DNA from: Bacteroidales bacterium
GTDB lineage: Bacteria > Bacteroidota > Bacteroidia > Bacteroidales > JAADGE01
Reading direction: 5' to 3'
Length of the DNA: 60,249 bases
NCBI GenBank assembly: GCA_029934515.1
Contig: JAOZMB010000004.1
Span: 1-60,249 of the forward strand
Part shown: positions 32,243 through 41,042 of the stretch, piece after piece
Numbering within the stretch: the stretch's first letter is position 1
Layout of the letters: each line of letters starts with the position of its first letter
Position numbers and translations under genes: made by a program
The notes under the pieces: generated by a model
Databases searched by the model: none
Told to the model about the DNA's origin: nothing
Seen by the model: only the letters and a program-made list of their open reading frames with translations

Positions 32243-34879
32243 ATGAAAAATACATCATCAAAATACAATCCAGCAATAACAGAAGATAAATGGTATAAAT
32301 ACTGGCTTGATAATAAGCTGTTTAAATCTGTTCCCGATGATAGAGAACCATATACAATAGTTATTCCGCCTCCCAATGTAACTGGAGTTCTGCATATGGG
32401 ACATATTATGAACAATACAATTCAGGATATTTTGATTCGCAGAGCAAAAATGCAGGGAAAAAATACATGTTGGGTACCAGGAACAGACCATGCTTCTATC
32501 GCCACAGAAGCAAAAGTTGTGAAAAAACTTAAAGATGAAGGAATTGATAAGAAGTCTATTTCGAGAGAAAAATTTATTGAACATGCCCGTGAATGGACAC
32601 ATAAATACGGCGGAATTATTCTGGAACAACTAAAAAAAATAGGTGCTTCATGCGACTGGGATAGAACTAAATTTACACTCGACAAAGATTTATATGAAAG
32701 TGTTATTAAGGTATTTGTTGATTTACATAAAAAAGGATTTATATATAGAGGTGTAAGAATGATTAATTGGGATCCCTCCGCAAAAACAGCATTATCTACG
32801 GAAGAGGTTGATTATAAGGACGAAATGTCGAAATTATATTATGTTCGTTATAAAGTTCAAGATACAAAAGAATATATTACAATTGCAACAACACGTCCAG
32901 AAACGATATTGGGAGATACAGCTGTTTGTGTACATCCAGACGATGATAGATATAAACATCTACACGGCAAAAAAGTTATTATACCACTTGTAAAAAGAAA
33001 AGTTCCTATAATAATTGATGATTATATAGACCCAGAATTTGGAACAGGTGCTTTAAAAGTAACTCCAGCACATGACGAAAATGATTATATACTTGGACAA
33101 AAACATAATCTTGAAGTTATTGATATTTTTAACGATGATGGTACAATCAGCAAAGCGGCAGGTCTTTATTTTGGAAAGGACAGGTTTGAGCTTAGAAAAT
33201 TAATTGTCGAAGAATTAAAGAAAACCAATATTCTTGTAAAAACAGAAATACATCAGAATCGAGTAGGTTATTCTCAAAGGACGGGTGTGCCTATCGAACC
33301 ACGATTATCTATGCAATGGTTTTTAAAGATGAAGGAGCTTGTGAAACCAGCAATAGAAAATGTTAAGAATAATAATATTAAATTTACACCAGAACGTTTT
33401 AAAAATACATATTTTCGATGGATGGAGAATATTCGTGATTGGAATATTTCCCGACAATTATGGTGGGGGCATCGTATTCCAGCTTATTATCTTCCTAATA
33501 GTAATGATTTTGTTGTTGCCGAAACAAAAGAAGAAGCACTGCAAAAAGCAATAATAAAAACAGGAAATAATAATTTGGATATTAATGAACTACGACAAGA
33601 CGATGATGTTTTGGATACTTGGTTTTCATCATGGTTGTGGCCTATGTCTGTTTTCGATGGAATAAGAAATCCTGAAAATGAAGATATAAAATATTATTAT
33701 CCTACCGATGTGTTGGCAACAGGACACGATATTATATTTTTTTGGGTTGCAAGAATGATTATTGCTGGATACGAATACAGAAACGAACAACCTTTTAAAG
33801 ACGTGTATTTTACAGGTATGGTGCGAGATAATACAGGCAAAAAAATGTCTAAATCGTTTGGAAATTCGCCAGAACCTTTGGTACTTATAAAAAAATACGG
33901 TGCTGATGCAGTTCGTGTAGGAATGATGTTGTGTTCGCCAGCAGGAGGTGATTTGTTATACAATGACAACCTACCAGAACAGGGCAGAAATTTTAGTAAT
34001 AAAATATGGAACGCTTTTAGACTTGTTAATAATTGGAATATTGACCGTGATATAGAACAACCAGAACATTCAAAAGTAGCAGTAATGTGGTTCGAACAAA
34101 AAATTAATGAACAAATTAAAATTATTGATAAACAATTTGAAAAATTTCGTCTATCGGAAGCTTTGATGAGTGTTTATCGTCTTTTTAAGGAAGACTTCTC
34201 TTCTTGGTTCTTGGAAACAGTGAAACCAGATTATCAAAAACCTATTGATATTATAACATACAAATCAATTGTTGATATTTTTGAAAAACTGCTGAAACTA
34301 TTACACCCTTTTATGCCTTTTATTACAGAAGAAATTTGGCATGAAATTGCAGAACGAAAAACAGGAGCAAGTATTATGAAAACAGATATGCCAAAATCAG
34401 AAAGTTTTGATACAGAACTACTTGATAAATTCGAACAAACAAAAGAAATTGTTACACAAATAAGAAATATCAGAAAAGAAAAAAACTTATCTTATAAAAT
34501 AAAACCAGAAATATTTGTTAAAGATGACAATAAACTCTACGACAATAAATTTGAAAGTGTAATAAGAAAACTCGGAGGTACAACGGAAGTAAAACAAATT
34601 TCGGAAAAATTGAAAGGTGCAGGTCATTTTATTGTAAAAAGTATTGAATATTTTATTCCGCTCGGAAAATTAATTGATAAAGATGTAGAAATTGAAAAAT
34701 TGAAAAAAGAACTTAAATACGCACAAGGCTTCTTGAACAATGTGATGAGAAAACTTAATAATAAAAGATTTGTAAATAATGCACCAGCAAAAGTTGTAGA
34801 AAAAGAAAATATTAAAAAAGATGATACAGAAGCAAAAATAAAAGCAATCGAAGAACAAATAAAGAATTTTAGTTGTTAG
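32243..34879 (+). CDS. valS: Valine--tRNA ligase
   Basis: PPPNVTG.LHMGH, DWNISRQLWWGH, KMSKS, C-terminal coiled coil. Confidence 0.99.
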   Translation: MKNTSSKYNPAITEDKWYKYWLDNKLFKSVPDDREPYTIVIPPPNVTGVLHMGHIMNNTIQDILIRRAKMQGKNTCWVPGTDHASIATEAKVVKKLKDEGIDKKSISREKFIEHAREWTHKYGGIILEQLKKIGASCDWDRTKFTLDKDLYESVIKVFVDLHKKGFIYRGVRMINWDPSAKTALSTEEVDYKDEMSKLYYVRYKVQDTKEYITIATTRPETILGDTAVCVHPDDDRYKHLHGKKVIIPLVKRKVPIIIDDYIDPEFGTGALKVTPAHDENDYILGQKHNLEVIDIFNDDGTISKAAGLYFGKDRFELRKLIVEELKKTNILVKTEIHQNRVGYSQRTGVPIEPRLSMQWFLKMKELVKPAIENVKNNNIKFTPERFKNTYFRWMENIRDWNISRQLWWGHRIPAYYLPNSNDFVVAETKEEALQKAIIKTGNNNLDINELRQDDDVLDTWFSSWLWPMSVFDGIRNPENEDIKYYYPTDVLATGHDIIFFWVARMIIAGYEYRNEQPFKDVYFTGMVRDNTGKKMSKSFGNSPEPLVLIKKYGADAVRVGMMLCSPAGGDLLYNDNLPEQGRNFSNKIWNAFRLVNNWNIDRDIEQPEHSKVAVMWFEQKINEQIKIIDKQFEKFRLSEALMSVYRLFKEDFSSWFLETVKPDYQKPIDIITYKSIVDIFEKLLKLLHPFMPFITEEIWHEIAERKTGASIMKTDMPKSESFDTELLDKFEQTKEIVTQIRNIRKEKNLSYKIKPEIFVKDDNKLYDNKFESVIRKLGGTTEVKQISEKLKGAGHFIVKSIEYFIPLGKLIDKDVEIEKLKKELKYAQGFLNNVMRKLNNKRFVNNAPAKVVEKENIKKDDTEAKIKAIEEQIKNFSC

Positions 34880-34959
34880 TTTTTAATTTTTAGTTTTTTA
34901 ATTTTGGTAATAAAATAATTTTTAATATTAAAGTTTGTATATTTGTAAACAAAAATCTT

Positions 34960-35721
34960 ATGAAAAATAATATAATTTTTGATAATGCGGCAATAGATAG
35001 ATTAATGAAAATTGCTAATATCAAACAAGAAAAATATGATGAATGGCTAATAAATGAAACAAATCTATCGAAAGAAAAAGAAAAAATATTGTCTTTTGGA
35101 AGAGTAACTTTGTCCAGTTTAAAAAAAGTGGTAAATATTGAACTTCGATACAATAAAATTAAATTTGATAATTGGTTTAATTATAAATACAAATTAGAAG
35201 AGGAGGAGAATATTTTTTTGGAAAATTTAATAGAAAAAAATCGTTTATATCTAACTCTTTATAACGAACAAACTTTGACTATAAAATTTATAGGATTAGT
35301 TTTAAATAAAGTGAACTTTATAAAAAAAGATATAAAAGATTGGTACGGATATAAAATAAAATGTAAATTAAATAACTATATCTTGAACGGCGAACCAGAC
35401 TTCACTGTTGCTACAGGAATAGAAGAACCTGAGACTCCTTATTTTTTCCTTCAAGAATACAAACGCTCTGTAAATCCCACTGGCAATCCAGAGTTCCAAG
35501 TTCTTGCTGCTATGCTCACCGCAATGACTTTAAACAAAACAAATAAAATAATAGGTGGATACATAATCGGAAGATATTGGAACTTTATTATTCTCGAAAA
35601 ATTAGAAAACGAGAAATACGAATACTTTGTTTCTGATGGATTTGATTGTTTGAAATTTGACGATTTAAAACAAATTTATATAAATTTGCAGGCAGTGAAA
35701 TTTTTATATTGTAAATTATAA
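34960..35721 (+). CDS. Uncharacterised PD-(D/E)xK-fold protein, paralog 1
   Basis: NE...GEPDF..A.G...P..PYFFLQEYKR...P.FQVLAAML; one of three tandem paralogs. Confidence 0.7.
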   Translation: MKNNIIFDNAAIDRLMKIANIKQEKYDEWLINETNLSKEKEKILSFGRVTLSSLKKVVNIELRYNKIKFDNWFNYKYKLEEEENIFLENLIEKNRLYLTLYNEQTLTIKFIGLVLNKVNFIKKDIKDWYGYKIKCKLNNYILNGEPDFTVATGIEEPETPYFFLQEYKRSVNPTGNPEFQVLAAMLTAMTLNKTNKIIGGYIIGRYWNFIILEKLENEKYEYFVSDGFDCLKFDDLKQIYINLQAVKFLYCKL

Positions 35722-35747
35722 ACTTAAAATAAAAATATTATGAAAAA
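35680..35747 (+). repeat. ~68-bp array junction direct repeat, copy A (others at 36294-36361 and 37074-37141; partial at 37854-37889)
   Basis: [65 protein letters not shown]; ATG at offset +60 in all three full copies. Confidence 0.9.
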
Positions 35748-35863
35748 AACACTCAAAATTTGATGTGTTTGCTCTAAAAATTTAATTAAAAAATTGTTTT
35801 TGTGAAAATAAAATTACTACATTTGTTTTTTTATTTCAATAACTATTTTTATTCGACTTAATA

Positions 35864-36115
35864 ATGGAAACAATAACAGAAAAAAAAGCAGGAATAATAA
35901 ACAAATTAGATTTATTGACAGAAGAAAAATTAAATAATGTAGAAATGTTTATTCAATTCCTTATTTACGAAAAACCGTTAGGAGAAAAACTAATTCATAG
36001 AAAAAAAAATAAAAAAAATGACAATGATTTTTTTGAAATATGTGGAATATGGCAAGATAGAAATATAGATGTAAATAGCTTACGAAAAAAAGCATGGAGG
36101 AATATCGAATGGTAA
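35864..36115 (+). CDS. Probable VapB-type antitoxin
   Basis: Small ORF ending FFEICGIWQDR.....LRKKAW, overlapping the PIN gene start. Confidence 0.7.
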   Translation: METITEKKAGIINKLDLLTEEKLNNVEMFIQFLIYEKPLGEKLIHRKKNKKNDNDFFEICGIWQDRNIDVNSLRKKAWRNIEW

Positions 36116-36294
36116 TTTTAGATACAAATATTGTTATCGAGTTGTTTAAAAACAACCAAAATATCAAACAAAAAATTAAAGATATCGGAACTAAAAATCT
36201 TGCAATTTCAGTTGGTGAATTTTATTACGGTGCTTTAAATAAACGTGAAATGAAACTTATTAAGAAGCATTGCAATTATTACTATGTACTTTAA
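36109..36294 (+). pseudogene. Truncated VapC/PIN toxin
   Basis: MVILDTNIVIE...AISVGEFYYGA PIN N-terminus; only 61 aa, ending exactly at junction repeat copy B. Confidence 0.8.
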
Positions 36295-36353
36295 TAAATT
36301 TGCAAGCAGTGAAATTTTTATATTGTAAATTATAACCTTAAAACAAAAATATT

Positions 36354-37115
36354 ATGAAAAATAATATAATTTTTGATAATATGGCAATAGAAAGACTAAT
36401 AAAAATTGCTAATATCAAACAAGAAAAATATGAAGAATGGCTAATAAATGAAAATTATTTATCGCAAGCAAAAGAAAAAAAATTAAATTTCCGTGCAGCA
36501 ACAATAGAAAAATTAATAGAAATTGTAAACATAGAGCAGATAGTCGAAGAAGATAAATTCAACGAATGGTTTTCATATAAATACGAACTTAAAGAAGAAG
36601 AAAATCTTTTTTTAAAAGAACTTATAAAAGATAATATAATTTATTTATCTTCTTTTAACGAAAGAACTTTAACAGCAAAATTTATAGTGCCTATTTTAAA
36701 TAAGATAAAATTTAGAAATAAAAGAGTAAAAGATTGGTATGAATATTCAATAAGTTGCAGATTAAATGACTATATATTGAATGGATTTCCAGATTTCTTT
36801 GTTGCTTCTGGAATAGACGAACCAAAGGAGCCTTATTTCTTCTTACAGGAATACAAAAGAGAAATTAAATCATCTGGACATCCAAAATATCAGGTCATTG
36901 CTGCCATGCTTGCCGCCATGACTTTAAACAAAACAAATACAATAATAGGTGGATACATAATTGGCAGATATTGGAACTTTATTATTCTTGATAAATTAGA
37001 AAACGAGAAATACGAATATTTTATTTCTGATGGATTTGATTGTTTGAAATTTGACGATTTAAAACAAATTTATATAAATTTGCAAGCAGTGAAATTTTTA
37101 TATTGTAAATTATAA
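36354..37115 (+). CDS. Uncharacterised PD-(D/E)xK-fold protein, paralog 2
   Basis: GFPDF, PYFFLQEYKR, YQVIAAML; termini near-identical to paralog 1. Confidence 0.7.
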   Translation: MKNNIIFDNMAIERLIKIANIKQEKYEEWLINENYLSQAKEKKLNFRAATIEKLIEIVNIEQIVEEDKFNEWFSYKYELKEEENLFLKELIKDNIIYLSSFNERTLTAKFIVPILNKIKFRNKRVKDWYEYSISCRLNDYILNGFPDFFVASGIDEPKEPYFFLQEYKREIKSSGHPKYQVIAAMLAAMTLNKTNTIIGGYIIGRYWNFIILDKLENEKYEYFISDGFDCLKFDDLKQIYINLQAVKFLYCKL

Positions 37116-37133
37116 CCTTAAAACAAAAATATT

Positions 37134-37901
37134 ATGAAAAATAATATAATTCTTGATGATGCAGCAATGGAAAGATTAATAAAAATTGCTAATATCAAAC
37201 AAGAAAAATATGATGAATGGCTAATAAATGAAAAAAATCTATCGAAAGAAAAAGAAAAAAATTTGTCTTTTGGAAACTCAACAATAGAAAAATTAATGGA
37301 AATTGTTGATATAGAGCGGGTTTCAAATAAAAATAAGTTTAATAAATGGTTTGATTACAAATACAAATTATCAGAAAATGAGAATAACTTTTTGGAGAAC
37401 CTAATTGAAGAGAACGAACTATTTTTGACATTTTACAACGAGCAAAATTTAACAACAAAATTTATAGCTCCTATTTTGAACAAAATAAAATTCCAGAATA
37501 AGTACATAAAAGATTGGTACGGATACAAAATAAAATGCAAATTGAACGGTTATTTTTTAAGCGGAGAACCAGATTTTTCTATTGCAACTGGAATTTCTGT
37601 TCCTAAAACACCTTACTTTTTCTTGCAGGAATACAAACGTTCTATAAATCCGAAAGGAAATCCAGAGTTCCAAGTTCTTGCAGCTATGCTTACAGCCACA
37701 ACATTGAATAATACAAACGAAATAAAAGGCGGTTATATTATCGGAGAACTTTGGAAGTTTATTGTCCTCAAAAAATTAGAAAACGAGAAATACGAATATT
37801 TTGTTTCTGATGGATTTGATTGTTTGAAACTTAACGATTTAAAACAAATTTACATAAATTTGCAAGCAGTGAAATTTTTATATTGTAAAGTAGAATATTA
37901 A
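37134..37901 (+). CDS. Uncharacterised PD-(D/E)xK-fold protein, paralog 3
   Basis: GEPDF, PYFFLQEYKR, FQVLAAML; termini near-identical to paralogs 1 and 2. Confidence 0.7.
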   Translation: MKNNIILDDAAMERLIKIANIKQEKYDEWLINEKNLSKEKEKNLSFGNSTIEKLMEIVDIERVSNKNKFNKWFDYKYKLSENENNFLENLIEENELFLTFYNEQNLTTKFIAPILNKIKFQNKYIKDWYGYKIKCKLNGYFLSGEPDFSIATGISVPKTPYFFLQEYKRSINPKGNPEFQVLAAMLTATTLNNTNEIKGGYIIGELWKFIVLKKLENEKYEYFVSDGFDCLKLNDLKQIYINLQAVKFLYCKVEY

Positions 37902-37916
37902 AATAATAATAATATA

Positions 37917-38423
37917 ATGGATAATTTTAAGGAGCGATTAAAAGATATTCAAGCATTTGTATTTGATGTTGATGGAGTATTTTCGAAGAATATAATACTC
38001 CATTCAAATGGAGAATCAATGAGGCTTATTAATGTTAAAGATATATTTGCATTAAAAACAGCTATTAAGAAGGGTTTTATTATAGGAATTATAACTGGAG
38101 GGAGTTCAGAATCGGTTAAGAAAAAATTTAATATGCTTGGAATCACAGATGTTTATCTTTCTTCAATCAATAAGTTAGATGATTTTAAGGATTTTTATTT
38201 AAAATATAATTTGAAACCGGAAACGATATTATACATGGGTGATGATATTCCAGATTTTGAAGTACTCTCAAAGGCTGGGATTGCCACTTGTCCATCTGAT
38301 GCTGTCGAAGAGATTCAAAATATTTCTCATTATATTTCAGATAAATCAGCTGGTGCTGGATGTGTGCGCGACCTTATAGAACAAGTTATGAGGGCACAGA
38401 GCAAATGGTTTAAGACATCGTAA
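37917..38423 (+). CDS. kdsC: KDO 8-phosphate phosphatase (HAD family)
   Basis: FDVDGV, KD..A, IITG, YMGDDIPD, GAGCVRD.IEQV. Confidence 0.88.
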   Translation: MDNFKERLKDIQAFVFDVDGVFSKNIILHSNGESMRLINVKDIFALKTAIKKGFIIGIITGGSSESVKKKFNMLGITDVYLSSINKLDDFKDFYLKYNLKPETILYMGDDIPDFEVLSKAGIATCPSDAVEEIQNISHYISDKSAGAGCVRDLIEQVMRAQSKWFKTS

Positions 38424-38551
38424 TTATGTTTGTGATGCGATTATTGTTACATTTTGCTTAAAATTATAAAGATTTTTCAAAAAAAAACTTGTATATTACA
38501 AACAAGATAGTAATTTTGACAAATTTTATTATAATAATTTTTCTTTGAACT

Positions 38552-39514
38552 ATGAATAAACTTTTAGATGTTTTAAACAAAAAATTTCAAAAAAAATATC
38601 AAGACCTTTTATATACAAATCCAGAAGGACTGAGAATAATTAATATTCAACTCTCGATTTATGACTCGCAAAATGTAATAAAATTCTTTTTTTGGTACAT
38701 GCGTAAAAAATTTATAAATTTTTTTGATATATATATATTTATAAATCCCACAAATTTATTAAGAACACGTATTATAAAAAATATATCAATACAATATTTA
38801 ATACTTATTATAATATTCCTACCTTCATTTATTTTGACAAAAAAAATAAATGAAAATCAAACAAAGCTTTCACTTGAAACATACAAAAATCCATACCTAA
38901 AACTTGACACATTACATACAGATTTTGAAAACGAATTCGATAGGAATAAAAAAATTAGTAAACAAAAAGAGAAAAAATATTCTGTCAATCCTGTCAAACC
39001 TATCAAAAAAAAGAAAAAAAGAAGGAAGAAAAGAAGAAAAAAAATAAAAAATCTGTCTAATCAGAACGATACAACAACATACAACGATACAACAGATATA
39101 TCAATAAGTGCTGATTTGAATACTAAGCTTAATCGTGTAATTAGATTTGCAAAAAAACATATTGGTATTAGATATAGAAGAGCAGGTATAAGTCCAAGAA
39201 CAGGTTTTGATTGTTCTGGTTTTGTAAAATATGTGCTAAATAATTTTGGTTACGAAGTACCACGCTCATCAAGGTCTTACAGAAATTTTGGCACACGTAT
39301 AAGTAAAAAAAATTGCCGTAAAGGAGATGTAATAATATTCGGAAGCTGGAATCGACGTCGTATAGGTCATGTAGGAATTGTTTTGTCTAACAATAACGGA
39401 AATATAAAATTTATACACTCAGCAACATCAAGAAGAAGAGGTATAACTATTTCTGACCTCAACCAGAGATACTACAAAAAAAGATTTTTTGGAATAAGAA
39501 GAATTATAAAATAA
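38552..39514 (+). CDS. NlpC/P60 (C40) peptidoglycan peptidase
   Basis: GFDCSG, PRSS, GD.I.F, GHVGI, FIHSA; TM segment and polybasic linker upstream; true start uncertain. Confidence 0.9.
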   Translation: MNKLLDVLNKKFQKKYQDLLYTNPEGLRIINIQLSIYDSQNVIKFFFWYMRKKFINFFDIYIFINPTNLLRTRIIKNISIQYLILIIIFLPSFILTKKINENQTKLSLETYKNPYLKLDTLHTDFENEFDRNKKISKQKEKKYSVNPVKPIKKKKKRRKKRRKKIKNLSNQNDTTTYNDTTDISISADLNTKLNRVIRFAKKHIGIRYRRAGISPRTGFDCSGFVKYVLNNFGYEVPRSSRSYRNFGTRISKKNCRKGDVIIFGSWNRRRIGHVGIVLSNNNGNIKFIHSATSRRRGITISDLNQRYYKKRFFGIRRIIK

Positions 39515-39702
39515 TTATAAATTTTATTGTTGATATTTTGAATTTCATCAAACCATATTTTTTTACAAAAAAAAAACATGTTATACAACATGTTTTTAAT
39601 TGTGGAAAATTATCACTCTCCATAATAACTATATATTTTTCATAGATATTTTTATTTTACAATATGTTATTATTCAACATATTGTCATAATAAATTGCTG
39701 TC

Positions 39703-39802
39703 GATTCTTGAATGTAAAGTAAACTTTACATTCAAGAATCAATAGTTGTTTGCCTTTAAATGTAAACCTTACTTTACATAATGTAAAGTAAGGTTTACAT
39801 TT
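39703..39802. promoter_or_regulatory. Two perfect palindromes containing three ATGTAAA-N6-TTTACAT boxes
   Basis: 18-bp arms at 39703-39720/39723-39740; 22-bp arms at 39758-39779/39781-39802; boxes at 39712, 39760 and 39781; TATATTTG promoter element at 39818. Confidence 0.75.
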
Positions 39803-39868
39803 GAGTTTATTTATTTATATATTTGCTAAATATTAACAGACTACTATTTCTAAAAAAAATAGGGATAA

Positions 39869-40756
39869 TTGGCAACGGCAAGCATTCATAAAGCAAAATC
39901 TGACAGACATTCTGTTAAAGCTTTACTGATAGGAATATCGAAATATAAAAACGATACTTCGCTCAGCTCAATTCCTAATGTCAAAAAAAATATAAAATTG
40001 TTAGAAAAAGCTTTGCTGTCGAATTATGCTTTACATATAAACAAAAAAGATATAACGATTTCACTTAATGAGAACAAAACAGATATTGAACGAAGGTTGA
40101 TGCAAGCCGCAACAGAAGCAAAAAATCACAACTATACTTTATTGGTTTATTATTCGGGACACGGAATTATAAGTACACAAAATTTTAATCTGTATTTATC
40201 TGCGGGGGATACAACTAATAATTATCTTGAAGCTGATGGTATTCATGTTGACCGTTTTTCAGAGATTATTGAAGGTTCAAGAGCTGGGAAAAAAATTGTT
40301 ATCGTAGATTCTTGTTACAGTGGGGCGGTTCACTATTCAATGCGAAAAGTTATATCAAAATCTAAACGGCAATTCAATTCAATTGAAAATACTTATGTTG
40401 TTAGTTCAACATCAAAAGACAATACGGCAAGATATCCAGTTGGAAATAAGGAACTGCCAACATGTTTTACAGCTAAACTAATTGATATTATTTATAACGG
40501 CATAAATAATAATAAAGCTACTCTGACAATTCATGATATTTGTCGGGAAATTAAGCGCGCACTAAGAAACAGCGAGGATATTCCTTCACCACAATATTCT
40601 TCATTTGACAATGCCAGGGGAATTATTTTTGCGAAAAATAATATTGACAACAAAAATATCCCACAAAGTTCATCTCAATGTCCATATAACGTCTTACACT
40701 CTAACAAAAAACAAAAATCTAATTTTTTTAATCGTGCTGTTTCTGCTTTAAAATAA
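39869..40756 (+). CDS. Caspase-family (peptidase C14) protein
   Basis: ALLIGISKY, YYSGHG (His98), IVDSCYSG (Cys149), FT..L; TTG start. Confidence 0.88.
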   Translation: MATASIHKAKSDRHSVKALLIGISKYKNDTSLSSIPNVKKNIKLLEKALLSNYALHINKKDITISLNENKTDIERRLMQAATEAKNHNYTLLVYYSGHGIISTQNFNLYLSAGDTTNNYLEADGIHVDRFSEIIEGSRAGKKIVIVDSCYSGAVHYSMRKVISKSKRQFNSIENTYVVSSTSKDNTARYPVGNKELPTCFTAKLIDIIYNGINNNKATLTIHDICREIKRALRNSEDIPSPQYSSFDNARGIIFAKNNIDNKNIPQSSSQCPYNVLHSNKKQKSNFFNRAVSALK

Positions 40757-40802
40757 TTATATTTTTACAAAAACAAAACTTTACATTTTCCTACTATTCT
40801 CT

Positions 40803-40818
40803 TGCAAATTTTGTGCCA
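40803..40818 (-). promoter_or_regulatory. Sigma-54 (-24/-12) promoter-like motif
   Basis: Minus strand TGGCACAAAATTTGCA = GG-N10-GC consensus; degenerate copies (TTGTA at -12) at 40909-40924 and 41015-41030. Confidence 0.55.
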
Positions 40819-41034
40819 AGTATAATATTATTAAGAAAAACAGCTCTTTTTTATAAAACAACGGCATTTTTCATAAAAAAGAACTTTAATATTTGTTTAC
40901 CAAATTAATACAAATTTTGTGCCAAATGTAATATTATTAAAAAAAACAGCTCTTTTCTATAAAATAACGGCATTTTTCATAAAAAAGAACTTTAATATTT
41001 ATTTACCAAATTAATACAAATTTTGTGCCAAGTA
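40805..41034. repeat. 106-bp tandem repeat (two copies plus a partial third)
   Basis: Units start CAAATTTTGTGCCAA at 40805, 40911 and 41017, with few substitutions. Confidence 0.92.
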
Positions 41035-41042
41035 TTAATTTT

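Noticed and set aside
35680-37889. Junction repeats as a CRISPR array or integron attC sites
   Set aside because: The repeats are mostly coding gene ends with spacing above 600 bp, have no attC-type GTTRRRY palindromic structure, and no cas or integrase gene is in the window.
34960-37901. Diversity-generating retroelement as the explanation for paralog variation
   Set aside because: No reverse transcriptase or template repeat is visible; variation is central and not adenine-specific, and the C-termini are constant.
40805-41034. 106-bp repeat as a mini-CRISPR
   Set aside because: The whole units are duplicated, so there are no unique spacers.
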